DNA from: Cycas panzhihuaensis
Taxonomy: Eukaryota; Plantae; Cycadophyta
Assembly (NCBI GenBank): GCA_023213395.1
Contig: CM041465.1
Coordinates: 182,907,741-182,971,740 of the forward strand
Reading direction: 5' to 3'
Length of the DNA: 64,000 bases
The notes under the pieces were generated by a model, which searched no databases, was not told the origin of the DNA, and saw only the letters and a program-made list of their open reading frames with translations. Numbering within the stretch: the stretch's first letter is position 1; every line of letters starts with the position of its first letter. The translations under genes and the position numbers were made by a program. Below, in pieces: positions 14,260 to 25,629 of the stretch.

Positions 14260-16470
14260 CATACGAAAGGAAAATGAAAAACCAAGACTCAATGGTTCAT
14301 GTCACTCAACTCCATGATATATCGAGGAGTTGATCACAAACACATTACTCAAGATTCATACATCAACTTCAAACTGAAATAACTCTAAAAAATCATTTGA
14401 AAATAACTTCAAATCATGTGCCAAAGTGATCGTCTCTGAAATACAGTTACAATGCCTTAGATAAATTGAAAAACAGATGCTTAGATACAAAGATATGAAA
14501 TAAAACATGTTGGAATCCTTATTGAAAAACAATTTGTTAAATAGATTGACCCCTTTTGATGATAACCAATTGGTCGTATTGAGACTCAGTGTGACTAAGG
14601 GCTTAAATGTTAGCGACTAACAGATTTCAAACCGAACTCCAATCTAATTTAATTTGGATTTGCCTTCACAAAGAATATTAAATCCCCTTTGTTCTGATTT
14701 TGCATCTGGAGACTTGAGATAGAAAATCAATTAAATTAAATTTATCTTTTAACTTCGAAAAAAGAACTGACTCTATCCCCAGAATTTACCTCTGTGATTG
14801 GGAGATTAGCTGCACCACTGTTCTGGCAACAACTGCTGCTATTTCCTATTAAAGAAGAAGACTGTCGAGAATGAATCCTCCAAACCTCTGTGTTGTTTTG
14901 AGTGTTAAAAGTCGCAAAGAAGACCAATCGTTTTTGCTGTATCAATGAGCATACGGGCTGAGATAGCTTCGTTGCAGGTTCGATTAGCAATGAAGAGAGA
15001 GAAGTCATTATGAAGGTTTACTTATGACCTAAAGTTGCAGGGATTCTTTTGTCCTCCACTTGCCTTCACGCTCAAAACAATTAAGACACATTGGTGCACC
15101 CTACTTTAGGGACTCTGGACCTTGCAGTCAACCACAACCATTCACCTACGGTATTGCCTATACGTTCTAATCGTTATGCAGATTCACTGTTACCTATGGA
15201 TTCCATAGATTTCACTATCGTGCCGTCTTCCATGCATTCAAGAATCCATAGAATAATTTAGTGGCAAAGAGAAGTGAACCCCTGTCTCGTCGAGGATAGA
15301 AATATGTGGTACTTTTATCAACCCTGACAAACCCCTATGGTTTAGTCTCAGAATCATATGATTAAACTAAGAGTGGATGCTTCCTTTAACCAAAAGAAGG
15401 ATTTAAAAGTGAAAAATAAAAAATACTTGAAGATGCAAGCGATAACTTGCTCTGTACACAAAGCAATCTTGTGCATATGCATGCCACGGGGAGTCACATG
15501 CATAGAACTCTAGAAGAATGGTAATGCAGTGAATGTGGGAGTTAATGGTGATATTTAGGAGAGTGGGAGGTAAAAGGTCGACTAATGACATATAGTCGTC
15601 GTTGCATATGGCTACTCCCTTACTCTTCACAGAATAAATATCTCTTCTTAATGAATCAAACGCCCCTTTGTTATGTGCGGAAGCTTCTATATTTGAAAGG
15701 AAGCTTGCATTTTATGACTGCCAGTCATCTTCATGTGTTGTAACCCACATTCCTTGCTATTTCAAATTCTAGAAAATCCTTTGTAGAAGCTATTTCAAAT
15801 TCTAGAGAACCCTTTGCACAATTGAGTTACAGAGCTATATATTTATCCACATAGAGTTGGGAGAAGCACCTACCCATTGCAGTCAATAATGTGAAGGCCT
15901 GCCAGGTTATAGTGAGAAATGATCTTCTTCACATGGATGCGCCATCCTCTTAAATTAATTTTGGTGATGAACAAAAGGCTAGACATGATTTTACTTCTCT
16001 GACGGTCTCCCTTCTGTTCAAGGGAAATTCTCCCATGACTAAGGTTTTATCTACAAATGGATATATTCTTTTTTCACAAGTAGTCTTCAGATTTCTCTTT
16101 TCAGCTACAATTTTGCATGAAGAATATTCACGAAAATGGGTAACCACTAGAGAGAGGCTTCGCTCTATTATTTCTTCTTATCATGCAATGGTTGGAATAA
16201 ATGGTTGAGGTCGATTTCTACATGCTGGGTTTCTTGACCAATCCTTAACTATAACCAACATAAACTCTTACAACCATTTACCAAACAAATAGATTTCAGC
16301 GGCCAACAATTCAAAGTCGCATGTCGCCCTTAGCTTCATAAACTCTTATCTTCACTGAGTAAACCCTTTGTTATTTTCAAACAAAATTCACACCAGTCAC
16401 GAACCCTTAGTACAAAACTTTCTTTACAAAACAAAAGAACAATATTACCAAAAAAAAAAAAGTTTCGCAT
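14260..16470. other. Unique-looking, CpG-retaining non-TE island of unknown function
   Basis: Roughly 35-40 CpG in 2.2 kb versus very few in the left flank. No TE or protein motif recognised. Confidence 0.5.
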
Positions 16471-16620
16471 AAACACTTGGTATACCTTGCAACAATGATG
16501 GCCTTAGGATTTCACCTTTATAATTCAAATCTTCAATCTGGCAACCGACTTAATGAAGCCACCTCCTCTCTTATTAAAAACTTGGCAAATTTACACAATA
16601 ATAACCTTAACATGCAACTT

Positions 16621-17040
16621 GCTCGATACCATGTTAAACTTTTAATATGGAGAACATTCAACATCAACACTAATGAACAAAATGGAAATTGTATTAACTC
16701 AGATTAAAGATGACTACAACATAATACTACCACACCACTAACTCAACAAGAGACTCCATGATCTCTTGATCCTACTCTACGTCACTAACCTATTTATATA
16801 TCATAGGTGGGTACATTTGAGATAAGGTGAGTTACATGTGCCACAAATGACCTTTGACCTACCCCATGACTTTTTACCTACCAACTGACCAATGACCTTT
16901 CAACTACTTACTTACAACATTATAATATATGGACCCATAGACCTTTACATAATACTTAGAACTACAACACTATTGACTCTAAGACATAACTTTTGTCTAG
17001 GTACATTAAACATTTACACATTAAACACTATCTTCCAACA
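16621..17040 (-). mobile_element. Truncated LTR element: PBS (16621-16631) + 5' LTR (16632-17040)
   Basis: GCTCGATACCA (rc of the iMet PBS) followed by TGTTAA...CCAACA, with an rc TATA box TATTTATATA at 16791-16800. No partner LTR seen. Confidence 0.55.
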
Positions 17041-17435
17041 TAGTTCATTAATACTCATAAAATTTTGAGTCCATGTGTCCACAATAATTACAAAGACAAT
17101 TTTAATTCTTGAATTCTTTAGTGAACCACTCCATATTTTGGGTAACTTTTCTATCAAGTTGCTGGAATTCCTATAACCATTTATATAAGATACCTTGAAT
17201 ATAAACTATCCATGAAATTTAAAAATAGTATAAAAAAGCTCAAAGAACACAAAATATGAATACCTTAGCCAAGTATCACCATATAGCACACATCAAATAA
17301 ATAATTACATTGCACTAATGTGACACTTCACCACATGCATTTTTCATATTGAAATAGGCTCTCACACATATAACTCTTGGAGCTAACATGTTGACCACTT
17401 ACAGAATAAAATATGCCTAAATTGTTTGTCTAAAG

Positions 17436-17733
17436 TGAAAAGGATTAATGACATAAGGTCATTACATTAGTTGATTATTTCGAAAAAGGGTTTTAAATGA
17501 ACTTTAAATTAGATCACTTAAGTGAAATACACTTTCATTTGTATTATGTGTAATTTCATTTCACCTAACTCTAATGCTCCCTCTCTCAATATAAAAGTAA
17601 AAGCTCAATGGAGGAGATTCATTCTTACCTCCCCATTTTGTGAGAGCTACTTTCTTTCTCTCAAGTCTCTCTTGCTCCCATGTTTACCTTTGTGTTTAGT
17701 GCATGAAGATGAATGATAGATCCACTCTTTTCA
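17436..17733 (+). repeat. 5' LTR of element A
   Basis: TGAAAA...TTTTCA ends; TATAAAA at ~17590. Confidence 0.96.
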
Positions 17734-17735
17734 TG

Positions 17736-17747
17736 TGGTATCAAAGC
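17736..17747 (+). promoter_or_regulatory. Primer-binding site (tRNA-iMet) of element A
   Basis: TGGTATCAAAGC, 2 nt after the LTR. Confidence 0.92.
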
Positions 17748-19490
17748 TTGCTTCCTTCGTATTCCTCACTTGCACTTGCAATGGAGCCATCACTTCCTTC
17801 TCCCCTACATTCCATGTGGTGAAGGAGATTGTGAAAGTGAATTTAGAAATATTTTCAAGTTATTATGATAGCATATTTTGTATTATTTGTTTTTCCTTTC
17901 TCTTTTGCAGGTTTAGAAACATAATACAAGGAGTTGTAAGGCCCAAGAATTCCAATCCTTTGCTGGCCATTCATGCTATTCATTCATTCTTTTCTTTCCC
18001 CTCATTTTGTCCATTTAACAAGGGGAAATGTCTTTAAAAGTTTTCCAAAGATTTAGAAGAATGATTGTAAGGGGAGGTTTTACCCATTTTTTTAAAAAGA
18101 ATTTCAATCTATTTAAAATATCCATCATTGTATGCTCTCACCTTGCCCATATTGGGATCCTGGTGATCAATAAATGATGGAAATTTCATATGGTATCATG
18201 TGTTAATGAGATATTAAGAAGCTGAAATTTCTACAGAAATACAATTTGATTGCTAAACTTCACAGGTCTACAAAATCTTCTACAGAGCTCCAATTGAAGT
18301 GATTCCAATTGTCAAAGATGAAGCTCTGAGTCTACTTTCTAGCACAAAAATTGGCACCTAATTTGGATATCGTATGAAGAAGTTATTGCTATTTTAGTGA
18401 ACAACAGTTATTTTTAGTAAGAATTCTGGAAAAATATAATTTCCTAACTTTGCGGGGCTGCCAAAAACTTTCCAGAATCATTTGGACCTGATTCTACTTC
18501 CTGAAGATGAAGATCTGAGCCTAGTTTACAGCATAAAAATCGGCACTCCATTTCAACATCGTGGGAAAAAGTTATTGATGATTTAGTGAAGACTACTTTT
18601 TTTTTTATTAACAAAACAAAAAAAAAAAAAAGTGAAGAAAATTTCTTCCTTTTTATAAGGCTTAAAAGTCCATTGTAAAAGTGAGAAAAAAAAACCTGGA
18701 TCAGAGCAATATCTGGTGTTCTCACTCAGTTATTAGCATTACATTTCAACACTCTAAAATCACTCAAAGCAAGCACTCTAAAGACACTTCAAGCAAGCAC
18801 TCCGAAAGCACTCCAAGCAAGCATTCTATTTTCAGTTAAATGTATGTTTAATGCAATTTGATAATCTTTTCACTCTTCCTAAAAGCAACGCATCATGTAC
18901 GCTATTTTCTGCCATTTTGTATCTGTTCACACACTTACCAAGGTTGAGATACCTTGGTTTGCAGAATGCCGTGCCATAAAGGAGGTGTGGGTTTCAAGTT
19001 GGGACTGGACTAAACCGGAATATTTGTGAGGTTTGGTTAGCCATACCATCGTGCCTCAATCAAGGATCATACTGATAATCAATCGGGAAAACTAAAACTT
19101 TAATACAAGATTAAAACATACGTGATCTAATATCCGTCATAGCCATGGGTATGCACGTACCACTCTTTAGAGGAGGTATATAGCTGCTCATTGGTGAACT
19201 GGGTGAGGATTGGGAGTACTTGGGCTCCGTTGTAACTTGGATTTCATCACCAAGCACGATTGCCAGTATCACGGGTGAAGGCCAAGTTAATTCTACTAGA
19301 AGCCTAGGCATCCCTTCAACAACCTCAACTACACATTGGACACAAATTAGAAGTTATTGGGTTGATTACGCATCCTACATTTGAGTTTCAAGTTGTGTAA
19401 ACCCAATGATGTCAGCTTTTATATTGGCCTACAATCTTGTATATTTATCACTTACTTATTTGTAAAAAGTGATCCATAGTGTAATCACAA

Positions 19491-19624
19491 TCATAGTGCT
19501 TCTCATATTTCTGCTGCATCAAGTTAATATTTGCCACAAGTGTTAGTGGCCAATTTTTATCATAGTGCTTCTCATATTCCTGTTGTGTCAGGTTAATATG
19601 TGTCACAAGTGTTAGTGACTTTTC
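19491..19624 (+). repeat. ~69-bp tandem duplication in the leader of element A
   Basis: TCATAGTGCTTCTCATATT...CACAAGTGTTAGTG occurs twice. Confidence 0.85.
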
Positions 19625-19781
19625 TCTAAGTTGCTCCCTTCATCTTTGAGCAACCATTCTCACTTCTTCTTCCTTCTACTACACTACTTCATTATATTTT
19701 CCATTTGTAAATAGTGATCGGTCATTTATTACCATCACTTTTATAGTCCCTTGTTCATTTCTTCCCTTCTAAAAAGACACC

Positions 19782-22700
19782 ATGTCTTCATAGTTCAAGC
19801 AAAATGTGAACTGCATTCTAAAAAGGAAAGAAAATTGGGACATGTGGTTCACTAGTGTCAGAAATGCTACAAAGTATGAAGGTCTATGGAGAGATCATTT
19901 ACAACTTACACCATCTGTTGCAGCTACATCTACCACAACTGCTTTAGGAGGAGGTGCTCCAACTGCTCCCACTGAAGCTGCAGCTAAACGCGAATGGGAA
20001 CTTGATGATGATAAAATCCGTTCAGGGATACTCCTTGTCATTGATTATTCCCTGCATAATCTCATTGATGAAGTTGTACATGATGCAACATGGAAAGTTC
20101 TTGAAGTTCTTAAGAAGAACTTTGACACTAAATCAGACTTAGAATTTGTTCACTTAGTGCTAAAGATAAACAAATTGAAAATGCAGAAAGGACACACGAG
20201 TGAGACAATCAATCTCCTTCATCCAATCAAGCAAGCCATTGATAAATATTTTAAAACTCAATGCATTACATAGGCTTTCTTGATTCAGTCATGTCTCCAT
20301 ATCCCATATTACAAAAATCTATTAGAGAGTCTTCAATCTAGTGGCAATTTGAATACCCTAAACTTTGAGAACCTTGCTGATAAGTTCATTGAATTTGATA
20401 AGACCTTTGATACCAACATTGCCACTACATCAGATCCAGTTGATGTTGCTTTTGAAGTGGAAGAAGATCTTTGTGGTCAATACTCTCATAGAGGTGGTAA
20501 TTCTCGGGCAAGAGGAAGAGGTAGACAACAAGGACAACGTCCTCTTAGTCAACAGGCTCCTCAACTCCAACAAAAATAGTCTCAAGGCCAAAGCCAAAAT
20601 AATCAACCTGGACCTAGATCTAGTAATCAGAGACTATCCAACCAGCCCAAGACTTGGACTGGAAATCAAACAATCGTGTGCGAAAGGTATAATAGAAAAA
20701 GACATTATGCCAAAATTTGTAGAACTGCCACCAACAAACTACCAAGTTATCAACAACGCCATGGTGCACATAATGTTGATAATACTTCTTTTGAAGATGC
20801 TTTTGGTGAACACAATTTGCTCATGCACACCTTCAAAGAATTGAGACCACTTCATCAAATGTTGTTGATAGATCCCCTAAGTATATTGAGGCTCATTGTG
20901 GTTATGCTTATTCATTTTTGCCTTCACCACTTGGAGTTGCAAATAGTGCCACCTCAAATACTTTATCATGGATTATGGATACTGGAGCAACACAACACAT
21001 GACTTGTCATCGCTAGTTCTTTCAAGATTTTGACTCTGAAGTTCGTGGTGTTGTACACATGGCTGACAAATCATCTCAGTCAGTTAAAGAACTTGGAACT
21101 ATTTGCCTGAAACTCCCAGGCCTTCCAGATTTTACACTTGTTGACGTTTTATATATTCTTGCTCTAAAGCAGAATCTGCTCTCCTTGTCTACCCTTGTCT
21201 CTCATGGATTTGATCTAAGTGTAACTGCAAATAATCAAACTCTCTGTGTCATTCACCCTCCTTCAAATGCTGTGGTTATGATCGAAATTCTTGATAGCAA
21301 ACTTTGTCGCCTAACTGGCTCACCATCCTCTGAAGCCAACTATGTTGATGATGAATCTGCTTTTACCACAACCCTAACTCCTCAAAAGTTGTCCCAAGCA
21401 GCTCTATGGCATGCTCGTATGGGCCATATCAAAATTGATCATTTAAGAGAACTACAAGACACTCTTCCTGGTTTGCCTAAGTTCCCCTCTAGGCCCTTTA
21501 AATGTGAAGTATGTATTATTGCTAAATCTCAAAGACAACCATTTTCTCGTAGTCAATGGAAATCTAGCCAAACTTTGTAGCTTGTACACTCAAATATATA
21601 CGGTCTTATGCCCATCCTTTCTCTCAAACAGAAGTGGTACTATATTACTTTCATTGATGATTTTACCAAGAAAGTATAGGTTGCTTTTCTTGCAAATAAA
21701 GATGAAGCTTTTCTATGTTTTAAGCTTTCAACGCCCACGTGGAAAATGAATCTGGATTCAAGATAAAAATACTCAAGACTGACAATGGTGGCGAGTACAC
21801 ATCCAATGAGTTTGAATCGTACCTACGTCAATATGGAATCAAACATCAGACCACTGTTGCAGGTACACCCCAGCAAAATAGAGTTGCCGAGCGCATGAAC
21901 AAGACCATCATGAATATGGCTCGTGTTATGATGGTATATAAGAATGTCCTTATCTATCTTTGGCTTGAGGCTATTTGGACTGCTGTATATTGCATCAACA
22001 TTATTAGTCCCTCCAAGCTCGGCCCCTCTCCGCATGAAATGTGGTATGGACAAACCCCCTCTATCTCCCACTTCAGAATTTTTGGCTCTACTTGTTATGC
22101 TCATATTCTGGAAGAACATAAAAATAAGCTCCAAGATAGAGCCATCAAAGGCATCTTTGTTGGATACCCTATAGACAAAAAGGGATACAAGGTTTTCATA
22201 CCTTCACAATGCAAAATCATCATCATTAGAGATGTTATCTTTGCAGAGACTGAAGATCAATTACTCAGACTTGACTCTAAGATGTCTTCATACCGATTTA
22301 ATGATGCCATCGAATTTGATGTCCAGATTCCAAAATTAAGGGGGGGAGATGCTGAACAGTTGCTCAAAATCTTGGAATCTGACAATAGAGCCTCAGAGGA
22401 TACAAGTTGTGACTCCAAGCCAATATGTACACATCTGGCACCATCATTTATGAACAGCCAAGTTGGCAAAGGCAAAGCCATAACAGAAGGATCATCTTCT
22501 CCAACATCTATGGCTGGCCCATCTTCTCCAGTATCGTCAACTTCCTCCGTGCTAAATATTTCACATGATCCTTTTCAGGATCAAAACGAAGATCAAGAGG
22601 TTGTGGAAATGAAAACATCATTCCCAACTCGAGGTTTTCGTAAAGCCTACCAACTACACAAGGACATACGACCGGATGAGGTAGGCAAAACTGGCACTAG

Positions 22701-24315
22701 AAGTGCCCATAGAGCAAGGATGCATGAATCACTTTCCGTTGAGCTTGAACCAACATAACTGCATCTTGCTCTTAATAAAGAGCCCCTAACGCACCAAGAA
22801 GCTGTAAAGTATGCAGCTTGGAGAAATGCCATGAATGAAGAGTATTAATCTCTTATTAAGAACGGTACATGGGAGCTTGTTGATCTACCGCTTGGAAGAA
22901 AGGTAGTTCAAAATAAATGGGTGTTAAAAAACAAGAATAGATCAGATGGCACCCTAGAAAAACACAAGGCGAGGTTGGTAGCAAAAGGATTCACGCAAAG
23001 GGAAGGCATTGACTACACTGAAATCTTTGCTCCTACAACCAAGTGGCCTACAATCAGAACTCTTATAGCCTTGGGCGCTCACAGGTTGGAAAATCCACCA
23101 ACTCGATGTTAAGACCGTATTTCTCAATGGGGACCTTAAAGAAGAAATTTACATGGCTCACCCGTAGGATCTGAGATTGATCGGGAGCATAAAGTTTGCA
23201 GGCTCAAAAGTCCTTGATGACCTAAAGCAAGCCCCTCGTACTTGGTTTACCAAGTTGTCTGAAAGAATGAGGCAACTTGGATATGAGGTTTGTGACTATC
23301 AAGATATTGATGCAACATTATTCATCAAGTGCCAAAATGATAAAGTCACTTACGTCTTAATCTTTGTGGATGGCATGCTCATAACGGGGAATAGTGAATA
23401 GGTAATCAGCCAGCTGAAGAAGGACCTTGCTAAAACTTTTCAATTGTCTGACCTCGGGTTGATGAAATATTATTTGGGAATTTAAGTAACTCAAAAGGAT
23501 GGAAAAATCTTTCTTTCCCAAGAAAAATATATCAACAATCTTCTGACAAAGTTTCAGTTGGAAGGTGCTCGACCAGTGGATCACCTATGGAGCCTAATAT
23601 TAAATGCTCAGTTGATGGTGACAATAGGGAGGCAAACACGACACTCTACAGGCAACTTGTAGGTAGTCTCATCTATACTACCAACACAAGGCCAAATATT
23701 GCACACTCTGTCGGCATTCTTGTAAGATTAATGACAAATCCTAAGCAGAATCATTGGCAAGCTGCAATACGAGTATTGAGGTACCTAAAGACGACTAGCA
23801 AATATGGTTTGTTGTATGAACCCAATGCAGAATTTAAACTTTATGCATACATAGACTCAGACTTTGCTGGAGATAAAGACACAGGAAGATCTATGTCTAA
23901 GTACGTAACATTTCTTGGAATAACACCAATATCATGGAGATCCAGATGGCAGAAGATAGTTGCAGACTCAACTGTCGAAACTGAGTACATTGCTGCTTCT
24001 GAGACAAGCAAGTAGGTGATATGGCTTAGAAAATTATTGAATACATTAAATGCCACCCAAACAAGTTCTACTAGCTTACATGTAGATAATCAATCTACAA
24101 TCTAGATGACTAAAAATCCTATATTTCATGATCGTACCAAACATATAAGTACAAAAGTCCACAGGATTAGAGAACTAGTTAATGATGACACAATTCAATT
24201 GGAATACTGCCCCACAGTAGATCAAGTGGCCGATATCTTCACCAAACCACTGAAGAGGGTGAAGTTTGAACAGTTCCGAAAGCAACTCAGTCTTAGGATC
24301 TCCATATCTGACTAA
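19782..24315 (+). pseudogene. Element A gag-pol polyprotein (disrupted)
   Basis: Knuckle CERYNRKRHYAKIC; PR WIMDTGATQHMT; GAG-pre-integrase LWHARMGH; [12 protein letters not shown] and [14 protein letters not shown]; RT KARLVAKGFTQREGIDY and FVDG; RH DSDFAGD and ADIFTKPL. Confidence 0.95.
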
Positions 24316-24748
24316 TTGAAGGAGATGACAATAGGATCATCATACTCTGTCTCATTCGTGAAAACCCCTTGTGGGTGCGGAAGGACAAGAGAAAGTCTCT
24401 GCTCTATCTCGTTCGTGAAAACCCCATGTGGGCGCGAAAGGATAAGGGTTGTATCATTTTAGAAAATCGGAACCTGTGAAAACCTGAAAGGGCATAGGAG
24501 ATGACCAAATGGTATATGGAGACTTAGTAGATTTTATCTACAAAATTCATTATACTGATTGGCTATCTGGCTACATTTAAAGAGCTGCCTGAGCTAGGTT
24601 AGTAGATTAGAAAAATTGTGGGTTTTCTTCCCCATGAGGGTTTTTCACAAAAGTGTCATAGTAGTTTGCTTTATAAAAGGCTCAAATAAATATCTCATAG
24701 GATAGAATAAAATAGGATGAAATGACCTTTTACCATTAAGGGGGGGAT

Positions 24749-25046
24749 TGAAAAGACTTAAGGACATAAAGTCATTACATTAGTTGATTATTTCGAAAAA
24801 GGGTCTTAAGTGAACTTTAAATTAGATCACTTAAGTGAAATGCACTTTCATATGCATTATGTGTAATTTCATTTTACCTAACTCCAATGCTCCCTCTCTC
24901 AATATAAAAGTAAAAGCTCAATGGAGGAGATTCATTCTTACCTCCTAATTTTGTGAGAGCCACTTTCTTTCTCTCAAGTCTCTCTTGCTCCTATGTTTGC
25001 CTTTGTGTTTAGTGCATGAAGATGAAGGATAGATCTACGCTTTTCA
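24749..25046 (+). repeat. 3' LTR of element A
   Basis: Direct repeat of 17436-17733, following the PPT. Confidence 0.96.
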
Positions 25047-25278
25047 TAAAGAGGATAGAGAATTAATGTGACCACTTCAAGAAAAGAATAAATTTAATTA
25101 CCAATTTGGCTATATTTTCAAGAAAATAAAATAAATATCATAATAGGCCATAAATTGCATTAACACATTTTGACACGTGACTAGGATCTATTAGCTTGGG
25201 GGCTTAACAATGAACTCCAAATCTCCATGAAAACTAATCTAATTCAATTAACATTAGAAAATAAAATATTATAAAAAA

Positions 25279-25616
25279 TGAAGGAGCCGGAGGAGCAGAG
25301 CAGGACATCACGACGTTCTCATCTTGAGTACAACGACAATTTCCAATAGAGTGGCGGTGTTAATAAACACCAGGGAGGTATTCCCAACCCTTAAATAGAG
25401 AATTCGGGGATGCGTCGGGCGCCATCACCCTAGCTGCACAACAATTAAGGTTAGTTTGAAAAAATATTAAAAATAAATAACGATGATACGTACCTCACAT
25501 GAGTGGTCGGTCCGGGCGGCTATTAAACGGCTCAAGGTGCCCTAGGGGCCCTCAAAGGTGGCTTTGAGGGGCCCTAAAGCGCTCTAGTCTTGGGAACATT
25601 GGGATTATTCCCAACA
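25279..25616 (-). repeat. 3' LTR of element B
   Basis: TG...CCAACA ends, adjacent to the PPT. Confidence 0.96.
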
Positions 25617-25629
25617 TTCTCCCCCATAA

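Larger units (their letters stand above)
17436..25046 (+). mobile_element. Element A: full-length Ty1/copia retrotransposon
   Basis: 298-bp LTRs at 17436-17733 and 24749-25046 (~19 mismatches). TSD TAAAG. PBS TGGTATCAAAGC 17736-17747. PPT 24735-24747. Domain order gag-PR-INT-RT-RH. Confidence 0.97.

Noticed and set aside
14742-15008. 88-aa ORF as a host gene
   Set aside because: No recognisable domain, splice structure or supporting neighbouring exons.
24345-24500. Hammerhead ribozyme/retrozyme
   Set aside because: GAAA is present but there is no CUGANGA core in the required position.
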